Positions 1 to 12,055 are shown, counted from the first letter of the whole stretch. The stretch: 56,941 nucleotides of DNA, filler included, from Sphacelaria rigidula (GCA_964200075.2; 8 parts of 8 records of this genome joined end to end with filler, not necessarily neighbours in it); one strand, 5' to 3'. The notes: generated by a model not told the origin, from the letters alone. Translations and numbers: made by a program.

Positions 1-932
1 CCACGGGTTCGAGAGATCGAGCTAATGTGATGGATATAATAATAACATAATAATTACAGTAATTTGTTGATGTAGATCTTTTACGAAACGTGTTCTATTT
101 CGACAAAATACCCTCATCGTTATCAGTGGTTATCATCGACATGTATCGTTTGCCAGCAACCGTGGCGATGTTCTTCACCTGTGTTGGTATGCATGTCCTC
201 GGATTCCATTTCTCGTTTCTAAATTTTCCGGTCTCTCTTCCTCTCATCTCTGGTATCTCGTCTGTCCTCCTCTCTTTCGTTCCTTCATTCCCTGCGGTTT
301 TGATTATGCTGTTGTTTGGTTAATAGCGTAGCAATGTTTTGTGTTTCGTCCTCGCAGAGCTCGTGGGTGATGGTTCGTACCCAAATACTGTATTTTTCAA
401 CAGCTGAGCCGCAACTTGTTTCTATGGCTCCGGTCGTCTCTCTGTCGTCTCTCTGTCTTCGTTGTACGGCCTCCTCACACCAAGCAATGCGGCAGGTGGC
501 GGTAATTTGTTCTTCCTTCCTCCGCAGGATTACTTTTTTCATGTTTTTGGCAAGACCGGTACTGTGCATGCATTTATTTTAGCATTTGATCGTTTTTTTC
601 TTGCCCCTCCCTCTGTCTTCTATTATTTTCTCTTCTTCTCTTCGTCTCTTCATCGTTTGTGGTGTCATGTCCTTGATGTCGAGTGGTGTCCCTTGCTGCC
701 GTATAATACTTCGAAGTGATGACTAATATTACTGATATCACTAATATCACTAATACTACTTATATCCGATCACTAACCTCGGGTACGTCCATGTTGTGAT
801 CACGGCCGGTTTCTTCGGGAATCAATCAGCTAATTTGGGACAATCGAAATGTCCATTAATGATGTAATGTACTCTCTGCTTATGCTTTCGGGGTACTGCT
901 AGTTCAGTGGCGGTGCTAGTACGCATGTAGCA

Positions 933-1233
933 TGTTGTGATGTTGCACCGTCTCATCTTGTCTCATCGTGTACTGCTGCTGAACTGTGCATAACACAATC
1001 AGTGCGCCATGGCTCTTGACCCCATGCATGCGGTCTACGCTCTGTCAATCTGTGCTCGGTGATTGACAAGCACAGAACCGTGTGAAGATGAGCTGACAGC
1101 ACGCGGGGGGTGCGGGGGCGGGATATCGCGAAGTAAACAAATCAGATCTGCCAAAGAACGGGATGATTATGAGTAAAGCAACAGACTGTACACCCCAAGA
1201 GAGTAATGTATTCCACGTGAGAGTCCAACAACA
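933..1233 (-). mobile_element. Possible LTR remnant
   Basis: Segment bounded by TGTTGT...ACAACA; on the minus strand it is directly preceded by purine-rich AAGCGGGGA (PPT-like). No pol sequence or partner LTR recognised. Confidence 0.3.
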
Positions 1234-1936
1234 TCCCCGCTTAGGTCACACCATGGAGGAAAACACCAATTTTTAAAGGGAGACACCAGGCTCACTAGCG
1301 AGCATAATGCATGATGAGCTAAGTGTGATGTTCAGGCGACCTCCAATAGTCGCAGAGGAAACTCTAGAGGTAAAACAGCATCATGAAGTTCGAAACGTTA
1401 CTTTCATGGCGCGCGTTGTTCAAGTACATTGACACATGTACTATATGAAATAAGTGATTTTATTCGCCATGCACTTCTGCCTCCCTCATTACTCCTCTCG
1501 TTATGAGCCCCTAGACTCTTGAGACCAACCTATCTCTCCCCTGGCATCGACCTTGTGGTCTAGTTTGAAGCATTGGATGATAAATATCAGCACTCTCGCA
1601 GCCTCCTGAAGTTGATCGACGCTTTTGTTCGCTCACATGTCCATGCTGTCCCTCACGGAAACTAATGAGGTGACCCGTTGTTGTCGGGAGTCGAAGCTAT
1701 TAGGGCCTGTTTGCCTCATTGGTACCGTCAAATCGGTTCGAAGGGTCAGTTTGTAAACAAGACTGCACCCACAGTGACAGCGTTCAAGCCTTGTCGGTAT
1801 CACTTGTTTTTGTCCAGCTAGATCTACTAGCATATGCGAAGATGTGACATTTCTCGCTGTGGTCGCAGGCCCATCATCTCCTGGCTGAAGAAAGATGCGA
1901 CAGGAAAACACAAAACGTACACCCCTTTGCGTAGTC

Positions 1937-2089
1937 CTATTTCAATCCGTCCAAAAGTGCGTTTTTCAGTCGATTTGCGCGAAACGATTTCTGGATTATT
2001 TTCTCCGGAGGTTTTATCGCACCAATTAATCACTTCCTTGTCACGCACTCCTATCTCAATCCGTCCAAAAATACGTTTTTCAGCCGTTT
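1937..2089. repeat. Direct repeat pair, about 39 bp units, 114-bp spacing
   Basis: CTATTTCAATCCGTCCAAAAGTGCGTTTTTCAGTCGATTT at 1937 and CTATCTCAATCCGTCCAAAAATACGTTTTTCAGCCGTTT at 2051. Confidence 0.7.
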
Positions 2090-2469
2090 GTTGTGAACGA
2101 AACGGTTTGTAGTGGATTCTTCCCTTTTGGGGTGTTATCGCACCGATCAACCAACCACAGGGCAGGCAGTAAACAGCGAGCTGATTTTGAGAAAGCCGAG
2201 GGTCCTTCGGTTTCAGTTTGACACGGCCTTACGTAGTCCGAACGGACCCATGTATCGCTTTCATCCGCCGGGGCGCGGCGTTACATACTGTGAAAATCAA
2301 AATGCGCATTAGTAACGCACGCGAACACACACAGACACACACGGGATGGACGCCTGTGAGTATTCCCGTTACAATTAAATTTGAAACATGATACTGTATT
2401 CGAATTATTTCAAGGCTAATCTGTTGCTTCTGCATGCCAGTGGTAGCAGTGTTCCCCCGGGGGGAGCGA

Positions 2470-2625
2470 AGGGGTAGGGGTGCAGTCATGATCTTTCATC
2501 TCGTCAACATCAAACCATTGACAGGACACTCGTTCAAAGTCATGACGAAGCACGCCGGGTTATCGCCGTACCAGGCTCGTAATCACTGAGCGCGAAGTGC
2601 CGTAATGTGTTCGGTGAGTCGCCTG
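2470..2625 (-). mobile_element. Structured short interspersed element, subfamily A (long, diverged copy)
   Basis: Aligns by eye with the reverse complement of 23563-23706 (ACCATTG...GACGRAGCACGCCGGGTT...GCGAAGYGCCGT..TGTGTTCGGYGAGTCGC). Confidence 0.65.
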
Positions 2626-2958
2626 AGGGGTGCCTGCATCCTGCTAAAGTTGCTCGACCTGAGGCGTGCTGACTATACGGGCATTGCATGTGAATGGCAG
2701 CCTCGAACGAGTTGCTTCATTTTCTGCTATCGCCAATTCCAGAGACAGCCACGGGTTGCACTGCCTCGTGGGTGTCTCGCCATTTGGATACTTCGTAGTA
2801 CGAGCATCCCCTTTGCGCGGAGTTGAATTTCTCCTACCCCGAACAACATGATCTAGCTCGACAACCATCGTGGTTGCCGCAAAAAAACGCAACAAACAAA
2901 AAAAAGGGAACTTGGTTGTCTAGCTTCAGTCATATAAGCATTGAGGGAGGGCGGTGGG

Positions 2959-2996
2959 TGTACTCATGATCATGCTTGCCATAGTCATCAGACCAT
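2959..2996 (-). mobile_element. Structured short interspersed element, subfamily A (truncated, 15-bp TSD)
   Basis: TGTACTCATGATCATGCTTGCCATAGTCATCAGACCAT flanked by AGGGAGGGCGGTGGG at 2944-2958 and 2997-3011. Confidence 0.8.
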
Positions 2997-4478
2997 AGGG
3001 AGGGCGGTGGGGGGAGGGGGGGGGTACGTCACCATTTACTTCATTTTACTTAAATAAGTCGGAGGGGGTACAACACTTTTTTAATTCTCATCCGTTCTTT
3101 CTAGAGCCTTTTCATCCGTCCTTTTTAGAGGTTCACAAGTTAGTGAGACATAAAACAACCCGCGGGCGTGTCTTGACCAAACTCACGATAATATCGGAAT
3201 CCAACTCCAACTCGAGTATCGATGTTTGATGTCGCCGTCGGGTATGGCATCGCCGGCAACATATTCGACACAAAATGTTGGCCGACTAATATCGATAGCC
3301 AACAAACAAGAATCGATCCCAATTATGGAATCGTGACCAAGATAGTTGCGCTGCCAATCAAAGTGTGCGTGATACCCCAAGATACTTGTGCTGCTGCAGA
3401 GTAAACGCAAACGTATATCATATTGCATGTATTGGCTTCGACCCGTGAACATACTGTGCAACGCCTTCGCAAGACGTAATGTGCGCAAACCTGCGTATGT
3501 CGGAAGAAAAAGTCGACACATTTCCCCCAAGTATCGTTAGTGCTTTTTGCCCAATATGGAACCTAGCGCATTCAATTAAAGCACCTCATGTCGAATGCAT
3601 TTCAGTGAAGCTCTATGTGGGAATGTGCTCGTCCCCAAGGGCGTTATGCTCGCGAATTTCGACCCTCGTTTTCATGTGCACGGACGTCCCGACGTCCGTG
3701 AAAGCATGTTCCCAGCGTCGTTGAAACGAGTGCTTAAGGGTTCATGTGTTCGTATTTTCGAGCGAAAGTCGGGAGTTCCACGGGGATCGAAAAATCGGAA
3801 GCAGCGTAGTTTCGTTCAAGAGCAGTGACCAATGCAGCTTCCTGTTTTCTGTTCCTTTCGATTGAATACCCCATGACGGGTGACAGGGAATGGCCGACGA
3901 TACGCCGTAGCAGCCGGTCGTTGCAGCGCTTGGCCAATGTTGGCCAGCATGCCTTGTTGCAGTTCTGCCCAAAGGTGTATAATAACACCGAGTATGCACG
4001 TACACAGGGAGAAGGCAAAATATGTGGCTGATCACGTTGGTGTGGTAGTTGTTGATGTTTGCGTCGCTGCGTGTGCTGAGAGTCTTGGGAATGGCACGCG
4101 TCTCTACCGCTGAGGGACGTGCGCTGACTTTGCAAGCGACTAGATAGTGATTTTTCGGTAGCGGTACACTCTTCAGGCGAAAGGGTTCCTAAGGCTCGAC
4201 ACTTGGGGCGAGATGTTTGTAATCGAAAAGCTCCTGAAGTGAAGAGTCCCGGGAACGAATTGTGCATCCCTACCGTGGAACCACCCCAGAGCGTCGTTCC
4301 GGCGATTTTTCCCTCGTGGTTTTGATCACATGGTTTATGGTTGCCATCTGCACTATTATGCATAATTGGTGTTGTCCCCGTTGTTTGAATGTCGATGCTC
4401 CTCACACGTTTAAGCCACTTGCTGACTGCCAACTAAGCTTCTGATCATGGTGTGATTGCTTCTCATCTCGCTGTGCAG

Positions 4479-6859
4479 GGTCCGCAGCGAATGATCGCTC
4501 GGAGTTGTGCAGATTTTACGACGCCAACGGCGGCCCCGAATGGCCTGAAAGCACACGGGAAAACTGGAAAAAACTTGATGACCTATCGCACTGGTCTAGC
4601 ATTACCGTGAATGCGGAGGGGCGTGTCATCAAGCTGGATCTGTCTGGTGACCCTTTCAATGAGAACAGGTTGACGGGTGAGCGACGAGGTTGTACGCGGG
4701 ATATTTCAATCAAAGTTTTAGGTCGGCCCCTGCCATGACCTTCCTTGACTGTAGTAGCAGGGGACTTCAGTACGACCAACCTTTTAATCAGGCGTTTTGA
4801 GGCCTTGTCGTGGTTGGGTCTGGTTGAGGTTATTGATAGGCCGAGCATTCAGAAGTACATGATCGGATTCGAGCCGTTTCATCGTGCTGTCCTTGCTCCC
4901 TGTAAGTCAATGGCGTAATTATTGGCAACATCTAGTCATGAGACAGGTGTTGGGTTGGCGTGCGTAGATGCTAGCGACCTGCCGTAATTATTTCCTACCC
5001 ATTTGATATATATGGACATTGCAGTACGGTCTGGACTCTCTCGCGAGAAATCTGCATCTGAAAGAACCGAATGAGATATGCTGTAGGATGTGTAAGCCTT
5101 GGACCAAACCATTTGAAACCATGTCGCCCAAATGTAGAATTCCAGCAACCGAGAGTTTCTGCACATAACAGCCGATCATCGAAATTTAGGATGGAGCTTT
5201 TCATTGAGGATGAAAACCCGGAGGAGAAACATAATCGTATACACACCAAATCTTCGAAATATGGTTTCATTCCTTCATCTTCATCTACTAGTAACGATTA
5301 TCGGATCGCCGAAATTCCCCCACATTCGTTTCTCATCTAGGACCTCGATATTTCGGTCATCGAAATCAAAATTTGTATGATGCGTAGTACTTGTCAATAG
5401 CTACTAGTAGATGAAGGAATGAAACCATATTTCGAAGATTTGGTGTGGATACGAAGATGTTTATCCTCCGGTTTCTCATCCTCAATGAAAAGCTCCATCC
5501 TCAAGTTCGATAATCGACTGTTACATACTATGATGCTCAAAAATCGTTCAAACAAGTGACACGAAGACCGTACTTTTTGTGTCATAATACAGTCCTATCA
5601 TCAGTTGGATCTCGTCACGTCGTCTTTCCTTGGCCTGGCTTGCCCTGACCTGACTTGTTAGGTATGTCGACCTATGCAGTTTCCTTTTTTTTGGTTTTTG
5701 GCCTATTATCGCCCGAGTACATGTAGCAGATGGTTTTTCTAATTTTTGTTTGTCATTTGGAGCCGTACGTATACCCACTGTGTCCTGTTTTTCGCTGACA
5801 TGTTCGTAGAACTCTGCCCTTCGGAGGCCTTCCGCCGTATCTTCCTGTTCGTTGGCGTATCACTCATGTTTTGCATGTAGTCTGTCTTTTTTGCCTAGTG
5901 CTTTGTGGTCACGATCGCTGCAGTTCTGGAAGATGGCTAATATAGGAAACATTCCACGGTTCGGGGCAAAGGCGTTGTCCAACGACTTTCTGACGGTCTT
6001 CCCTCCGATTTCGCCCAATCGCTTGGGCGATAAGTCTGTTTTACGAAAAACTTTGCCGGCTAACTTTCGACTTCGGTGACCCCGGCTACACTGCAATAGT
6101 GGAGCAGCTCCCACCTGTTAGAGAGTAGCATCCATAATGACGCTGTGCCATGGATTCCGTGGTCCACTCGCAGCTGTTATCCAACTGACGCCCATTGTTT
6201 TTACATATATTTCCTAGTGGTCGACGTAGGGTCCATTTGAGGCTGATCGGCATCCAACGGATCAAACGAACCCACACTATAGAAATTTTAGGTCAATATC
6301 CGTGAGCAAAATACAGTAATGATATTTTTTCGATATTTGAAGCACCCAGAACCTGCAGGCTACTATGAAGTGTTAGCCTCCTGTGGACTTGGATGAACAC
6401 AAGATTGCCCTCCCCACCGCGGGAAGCAGAGCACCGCGTCGGTTTTCGTAGATAGTGAGCGCCTTGTTCAAGGCTCCAGCATTTGGCTCTACTCGTTCAC
6501 CACTCACCTTTACACTGGCGTCCGTATTAGCTTCAATGCCTGAAGACAACTGCTCGCTACTTCTCCTGAATACGAACACTCTGAAGTGCTCAAACTCTAC
6601 GTTGTTCAGCACGGCTGAAAAGCGCCCAAACTGTGGGAGAATGCTTGATCCCGCTAGTCGTCGGGTGCTGAGGAGTGCTCCCGTGCGTAAAATTGGATCC
6701 CCTCTGAGTGGATGCACATTCGCAAGAGATGAACTGTAGCTCGATACCTTACCGCGGGTTCCATGCGTGATTTGCCTTTGTCATTTCCAGGTTCACTATT
6801 GGAGCTTGCAGAGCTCGGTGCGCTCGAGGAGTTGAACCTGTCCCGATGCCAGTTGACAG
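4479..6859 (+). CDS. Leucine-rich repeat protein, brown-algal LRR / LRR-ROCO-type N-terminus (partial; exons 4479-4676, 6791-6859)
   Basis: Exon 4479-4676 (cag|...|gtgag, phase 1-1) gives SAANDRSELCRFYDANGGPEWPESTRENWKKLDDLSHWSSITVNAEGRVIKLDLSGDPFNENRLTG, an LRR N-cap. Exon 6791-6859 (ccag|...|gtgag, 69 nt, phase 1-1) gives GSLLELAELGALEELNLSRCQLTG, one LxxLxLxxxxLxG repeat. Confidence 0.9.
5166..5523. mobile_element. Foldback / MITE-like element in LRR intron
   Basis: Inverted arms of about 125 bp (5166-5293 and 5402-5523); the ORF track reads MELFIEDE.PE.KH.RIHTKSSKYGFIPSS on both strands. Confidence 0.8.
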
Positions 6860-6981
6860 GTGAGTGTCTAGGTGAAGAAGTAGTAGTTAGGACTTCTCCC
6901 GAGAAGTATTGAAGATGTACTTACAATTGTTGGAAATGCGGATCGCGACTTTTCAGGAATGTTTGTGTCGAACGGACGGAC

Positions 6982-7031
6982 GGGGGGGGGGGTGGGGGTG
7001 TACTCATGTTCATGCGTGCTATAGTCATCAG
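6982..7031 (-). mobile_element. Structured short interspersed element, subfamily A (at contig end)
   Basis: G tract followed by GTACTCATGTTCATGCGTGCTATAGTCATCAG, running into the gap. Confidence 0.75.
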
Positions 7032-7131
7032 NNNNNNNNNNNNNNNNNNNNNNNNNNNNNNNNNNNNNNNNNNNNTTAATTAATTAANNNNNNNNNNNNN
7101 NNNNNNNNNNNNNNNNNNNNNNNNNNNNNNN
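7032..7131. other. Artificial contig linker
   Basis: N44-TTAATTAATTAA-N44, a six-frame stop spacer. Confidence 0.98.
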
Positions 7132-7174
7132 GATTATGGCATGCATGATCATGAGTACACCCCTCCCCCCCCCC
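7132..7174 (+). mobile_element. Structured short interspersed element, subfamily A (at contig start)
   Basis: GATTATGGCATGCATGATCATGAGTACA followed by a C tract. Confidence 0.75.
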
Positions 7175-10027
7175 GGCTGGTGAGGGAGGCCCGCCGGAGG
7201 CCCCTCCGCTTTAGATGTATTTGAAATCGTGTTGATTGTAGCCGATCAGCGATGGCACTTCGAGCATCCTACTGGTTAAAGAGGATAAGTGAAAGTATGA
7301 AGGGAACAGAAAATGACAGGAATTGGGAAAAAATACACCATAAGTCCCCGCGGGTGTTTCATTCAAGGACTGGAAGCGCCTCAAGAAACTAGCGAAAGAT
7401 CGCGAGAGGATTTTCGGTAACACTATTCACTAGTTTTTGGTATGTTCTGCGCATAGCAATCTTATTCAGTGGATCAAATGCTTACGTTGACAAATATCCT
7501 TCCCTCGAGTAAAACGTGTGAGGCTCGGGATGACGTTCACAAGGCCCACTGTTGTTAACATTCGGCGCATTTTTCTGAACTCATTCTTTCTTGAGTCGCT
7601 GTGCTGCTGAGATCGATGTCAACGGCATCGCTGCCATCAGCTTCGCTGCCTGCCGCAACACTCGCTGCGGCAATGTGTGCAGTTTGGGTTTCTCCCCTGT
7701 TGCAAGGTATTCACATCGCTGTCATTGCTGGTGGTATCTGAGATGCTGCTGCCGCTGCTGCCACTGCTGCTGATGCTCATACTGTGATGGTGGGGGGGAC
7801 GCTCGCGTCTGCGTGCCATTGCAGCACCGTCACCACTTCTCAGAGTAATTGGAACGTGGTCACACATTGGGAAGGGCGAGTAAAGTATGGCCATTGCTCA
7901 CCAAGAACCCTTGCAATATGACACATGCAGCGGGGAATAACCGACCTAGTGGAACTGAAACGGATTAGTTATCCGGTCATCCCAGTGAACTGAAACTGAC
8001 CAGTTGGACTGGCGACCGGTTCACAACTCTACGTTATTCGCCCGCCGGAAGCGACAAATATGTGTGTGAAAGTGAGGCTAGAGCCTGGAGAAGGGAAAGC
8101 TTCGAAACTCCTCGACTTCCCAACAAAGTCCTGCCCAAGCAAGGTTCGACATGTTGTCAAGACAGGCGTGCACAGAAACTATTGACCTGTAGGTGCTTTC
8201 TCTACGCTCCCCGCGTGCGTTCGCGAGCAACGCAACTCATCCCGTGCGAGATTGACCACTCGCGGCAGACATGCTGCCTGTACCCACCGGAGAGAACGAG
8301 TCATACTCACGAGTGTGTAGAGCACTCGCTTGCGTTGTAGGGGCGACGAGCGTGCCTGCTGTGCTGTCTGCCCACCCTTGCTCTGATTCCATCACTGGCC
8401 CCAGTCGGCCGGGAAGCGACTGGCAAATTAGTCCTATTCGTCGCGACGTGTTCACTCTGGATGGAAATTAGATACCGTTCGAAATATCATGATGGGATGG
8501 GAGCAACTCATGTGAGCGAGCCCGCTGTGTGATGAAATCGCACGTGTTCCTTCTAAGGCGACGATGTCGGTTGGTTTGATGCCTCATTCACTGCATCATC
8601 GGTGATACTTCTTTGTTACTGTTGTCTCTGCCCCCTTGTCAACGGCATAAGTGTTGATCATGCTGGTAATTCTATCCACGTTCCGTAGAATGTTGAATAA
8701 CTGAAGATCGCTTGCCTCCCGTCCAACCAGGTGGTGAATGCCCAGCTGTTTGCTCTGGAAGGGGATCCTTCCGACCCACGTGAGACTTCAAATCTTCTCG
8801 AGGTGGGAGCTGGTGGTTGTTGCGGAAGTGCACCATCCGGTATTGGAGAGGCGACAAGGACTAGCCACCGTGAAGGACACATATATCCGGGGACTCCATC
8901 TCTTTCTCAATCGTGCAGGGCGGCTGCAAATCTAGTCGTCGGGGTCGATAAAGCGAGAGAAGCGTGCTGTCATCTTCAAATGGCAGCGATCTCGTTTGCC
9001 ACCAACAGCCTGCGCTTCTTTGGACGTCAGTGATGTTGCAACATATACGACTGCGGCGAGAGGAGCTCGCACGAACAGCTTGTCCCAAAACATTTGCTGC
9101 GGTAGCACCATTTTTGATTGGCGTTTGTACGTGCCAGATGACGTAATCTTGAGCCGTGTGTAGGGATATCTCCATGGTTATGATGAGGGTAGATCAGGCA
9201 CTTTCCCTCTCGTGAGTACGATACGGTAACCGGCGCGAGCAGCAACTCAACATATCTAAATATAGATTCTGCGTCGCCCGTGCATCGGTTTACGTTCGTG
9301 CTGCAGTCTACCCACTCCGTGTTGAAGCAGCAAGCCGTCGTGGTCCGTGGGTAGGGGGACGGACGGGGCACGACAAGGACTGCATTGCGCTTCGTCTCGT
9401 AGACTTTTGTGCAACACGTCTCTAGTGTACTCGTTGTGCGTTGTGTTCTGTGGGATCTGTAAGATCCTTTATATCGGTTTGATCGATCGAAAGCAATCGC
9501 ATGTATGAAACCTGTACGGTAACTTGTGTGCATAGCGCCTCTGCTCTGTAGATCACATGACCTACTACGTAAAAGCCATCATCTCGTGGGTTGCTGCTTC
9601 GCCAGCGCAGAGTACCATTCTTGAGCAGTGTTTTCGCGTACGGCGTTCCCTCTCCGGGATTTAAGCCTGTTTGACCATTGCTCATTCATGTTCCATGGCG
9701 AATATCGCAAAAGCTTTGAAGAGGACCAAAAAGGACGTTTCAAGTGGCCACGTTTGGCCCTTTGGCCGACCAGGATGTCAAATCGGATCCATGTTTTTTT
9801 TCAACGAATAATTCTTAGGCTCGGGTGTCTATCTGCAGTTGCTCAAAAGCTCGAAATGGATCCCGTGTCCTGATGTTTCGCATTCCGAGCTCGAACCAGT
9901 TGTTTTGGATTTGCTGACGCCACTGCTTGACCCATGATGCACGCGAGGTTATACGGGCACCGGTTCTCGAAGGATTTCCCAGTGGCCAACACAGCAAAAA
10001 AGAGAGGATCTAGAGAAAAGAAACAAA

Positions 10028-10376
10028 AAAATAAGCCTCAACTTCAAAACACTGCTCTTTCTGCACGAAGAGTAATTGCGTTTAGTGAATGTTTGTCTGC
10101 CTAATGCCCCCCGATCGCATGAAAGCTGATTCAGTGCCTTTTACCGACTACGTGAGCCCGCAGCGCTGAGAAAAAGCGTATCTTACCCCGAGTTCGGGAT
10201 AATGGATTTTCCCGGAATGACACGATTTCGCTCACCGCTGTGGGCTAGCAAAGTCAGAGAAAGGCACTGAAATAATTTCCATGCGGTCGAGGGGCATTAG
10301 GCTGACAAGACTCGTCGTTGGACACAATTACTTTTCGTTTCGGCAAGACTCTGTTCTGAGGTTGAGACTCACTTTC
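10028..10376. mobile_element. Diverged foldback / MITE-like element
   Basis: Imperfect inverted arms of about 145 bp (10028-10170 and 10231-10376), e.g. GCCTAATGCCCC / GGGGCATTAGGC and TTCAGTGCCTTT / AAAGGCACTGAA. Confidence 0.75.
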
Positions 10377-11345
10377 TTCAATCCCAATTCTCAGTACCCT
10401 CACTTGGAAATGACACTTAAGGGCAGGTTAATTGTCACGTAGGCTCACAAGACCAGGCGCCTGCTACCCCACAGTCCAGCTGCATGGTAAAACCAATAAT
10501 CGTACGCAGTGTCTTTTCCCAACAAAGTTTAGCCCTTCATGTGGAGTAAATCCTAGTGACCATGACAGAATAGTTTGCGCTGAAGCACTGAACATCATCA
10601 AGAACAGAGATCCCCAGAGAATTTCCTTGAAAAAGCTTGCTGTTTCCTGTACGTTTGCCCCGACGTAGTCGACGAATAAGAAGAGCAGTATGCACACGGC
10701 GTTAGCCCTGGAGTCATTTCACGCGAGGAACATCGCGTGGCGTATTTTAAGCAGAGTGTGTGCGATATCTGATTGGTTAATCGCTGGCCAATGGACAACG
10801 TGCAAAAAATGACCGTCTATCATGTGTCATGATGCATGCCATGCATTTGCATGCTGTGGCTCGTATTTAATATTAGACGCCGACTCAGTTTGGAAGACCG
10901 CAGTAAGTAGTGAGCCTGCCGATGAACCATGGAAATGCATTATTTCAGCTGCTTGTTGCGCGAATGGTAGACGGCGGCTCCGCATGTTGCCATCAAAATC
11001 ACTATAAAGAGGTCGTCACCGAGTTGACAGCAACACGTGGGGAATCACCCAGTGACTCGCCGGGCGGGAACGGGCGCAGATTCGACACAGGACGTCAACT
11101 CGTTGCAACAACGAGGCAGCTGACTTTCCTCTCTCGCTCCAGAAAACTTGTTATCATGCCCGTGAATTGAGCAGGCCTTTCGCACACGGGAACAATATCT
11201 TGCACCCGAATAGACTAGCGAATGTAAATAGGACATCAAATGACGAAACACCGCGTAGAGAAGCATCCAACAAAGTCGTTGTGGGGCGGCACGTTTCTGC
11301 CGTTCTCAACACGCACCGCGCTGCTGATCGCACACGTGGCGGTAG

Positions 11346-11602
11346 GTTTCTCCGCATCTCGTGATCCCCCAAGTGTGCCGCACAAAGCTGGTGTCAAATC
11401 TAATAGTCTTGGAGATACCAGGAGCGGCACTGCCAAGGATGTTGCTGTTGCTCTGGTGTCGAATCCTGCCCCTAACAACGCGGCAAGACGACGCCACCTG
11501 CGGATCAGTCCTAGTATACAGGGAGCGGGTGAAGAACGAGGGCGACAGGGTCTGGCCGAAGACTGCTTTATCTCGGAAGACTGCGCTCCCGGCGTATTCA
11601 CG
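11346..11602 (+). CDS. Candidate internal exon, unknown protein
   Basis: gtag|GT TTC...TTC ACG|gtgagc with an open frame GFSASRDPPSVPHKAG...EDCAPGVFT; no family recognised. Confidence 0.35.
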
Positions 11603-12055
11603 GTGAGCAGTCTTCCCTTGAGTGCTCCCAGGATCCATGTGCTTAGTTTCAGAGTCTGGGTTTGTTGGTGAACTTCATCTTGTGACTCTCGTTGTTGTAT
11701 CCGTCATAGACAGGAGTGCGAGGGCGGGGGGGACTCATTGGACATGCCTGTTTATGCGCGGAATTATTGTTTTCTCATGTCCACCGCGAGCCAATCAAAA
11801 ATGTGTGGTGCAGAGGTGCGAGCGTCGACGGCGACGAGGAGGCCAGATGCATGCAGCACGCGGTACTCAATTGACGATAAGTTCATGTATCATTATGATT
11901 GAAGCGGCATCTCGGGGTTGCTGCAGTGAAATTTCACTGCCTGAATGTGTACCCACTCCAGTATCGTAAACCCGTGTAAAACGAAAATATGCTGCTGAGA
12001 TATCGTATGGGAAATTGAAGCCCACTTGGATTACGTCTCAAATTCAGAACAATTT

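Noticed and set aside
1869-1903. Possible upstream LRR-gene mini-exon (PIISWLKKDATG) after an acceptor similar to that at 4478
   Set aside because: Followed by GA rather than a GT or GC donor, and no LRR pattern.
2984-2993. CTGATGA on the minus strand of subfamily A as a hammerhead ribozyme core
   Set aside because: No stem II followed by GAAA, and the motif is replaced in other copies (CTTGTGA, CAAACGA).
3734-4432. 232-aa minus-strand ORF
   Set aside because: No recognisable motif or splice support; antisense to and upstream of the LRR exon. A decayed element cannot be excluded.
6982-7174. Inverted pair of subfamily A copies around the first gap, resembling TIRs of one element
   Set aside because: They lie on different contigs separated by an artificial linker; both contigs simply break in the same abundant repeat.
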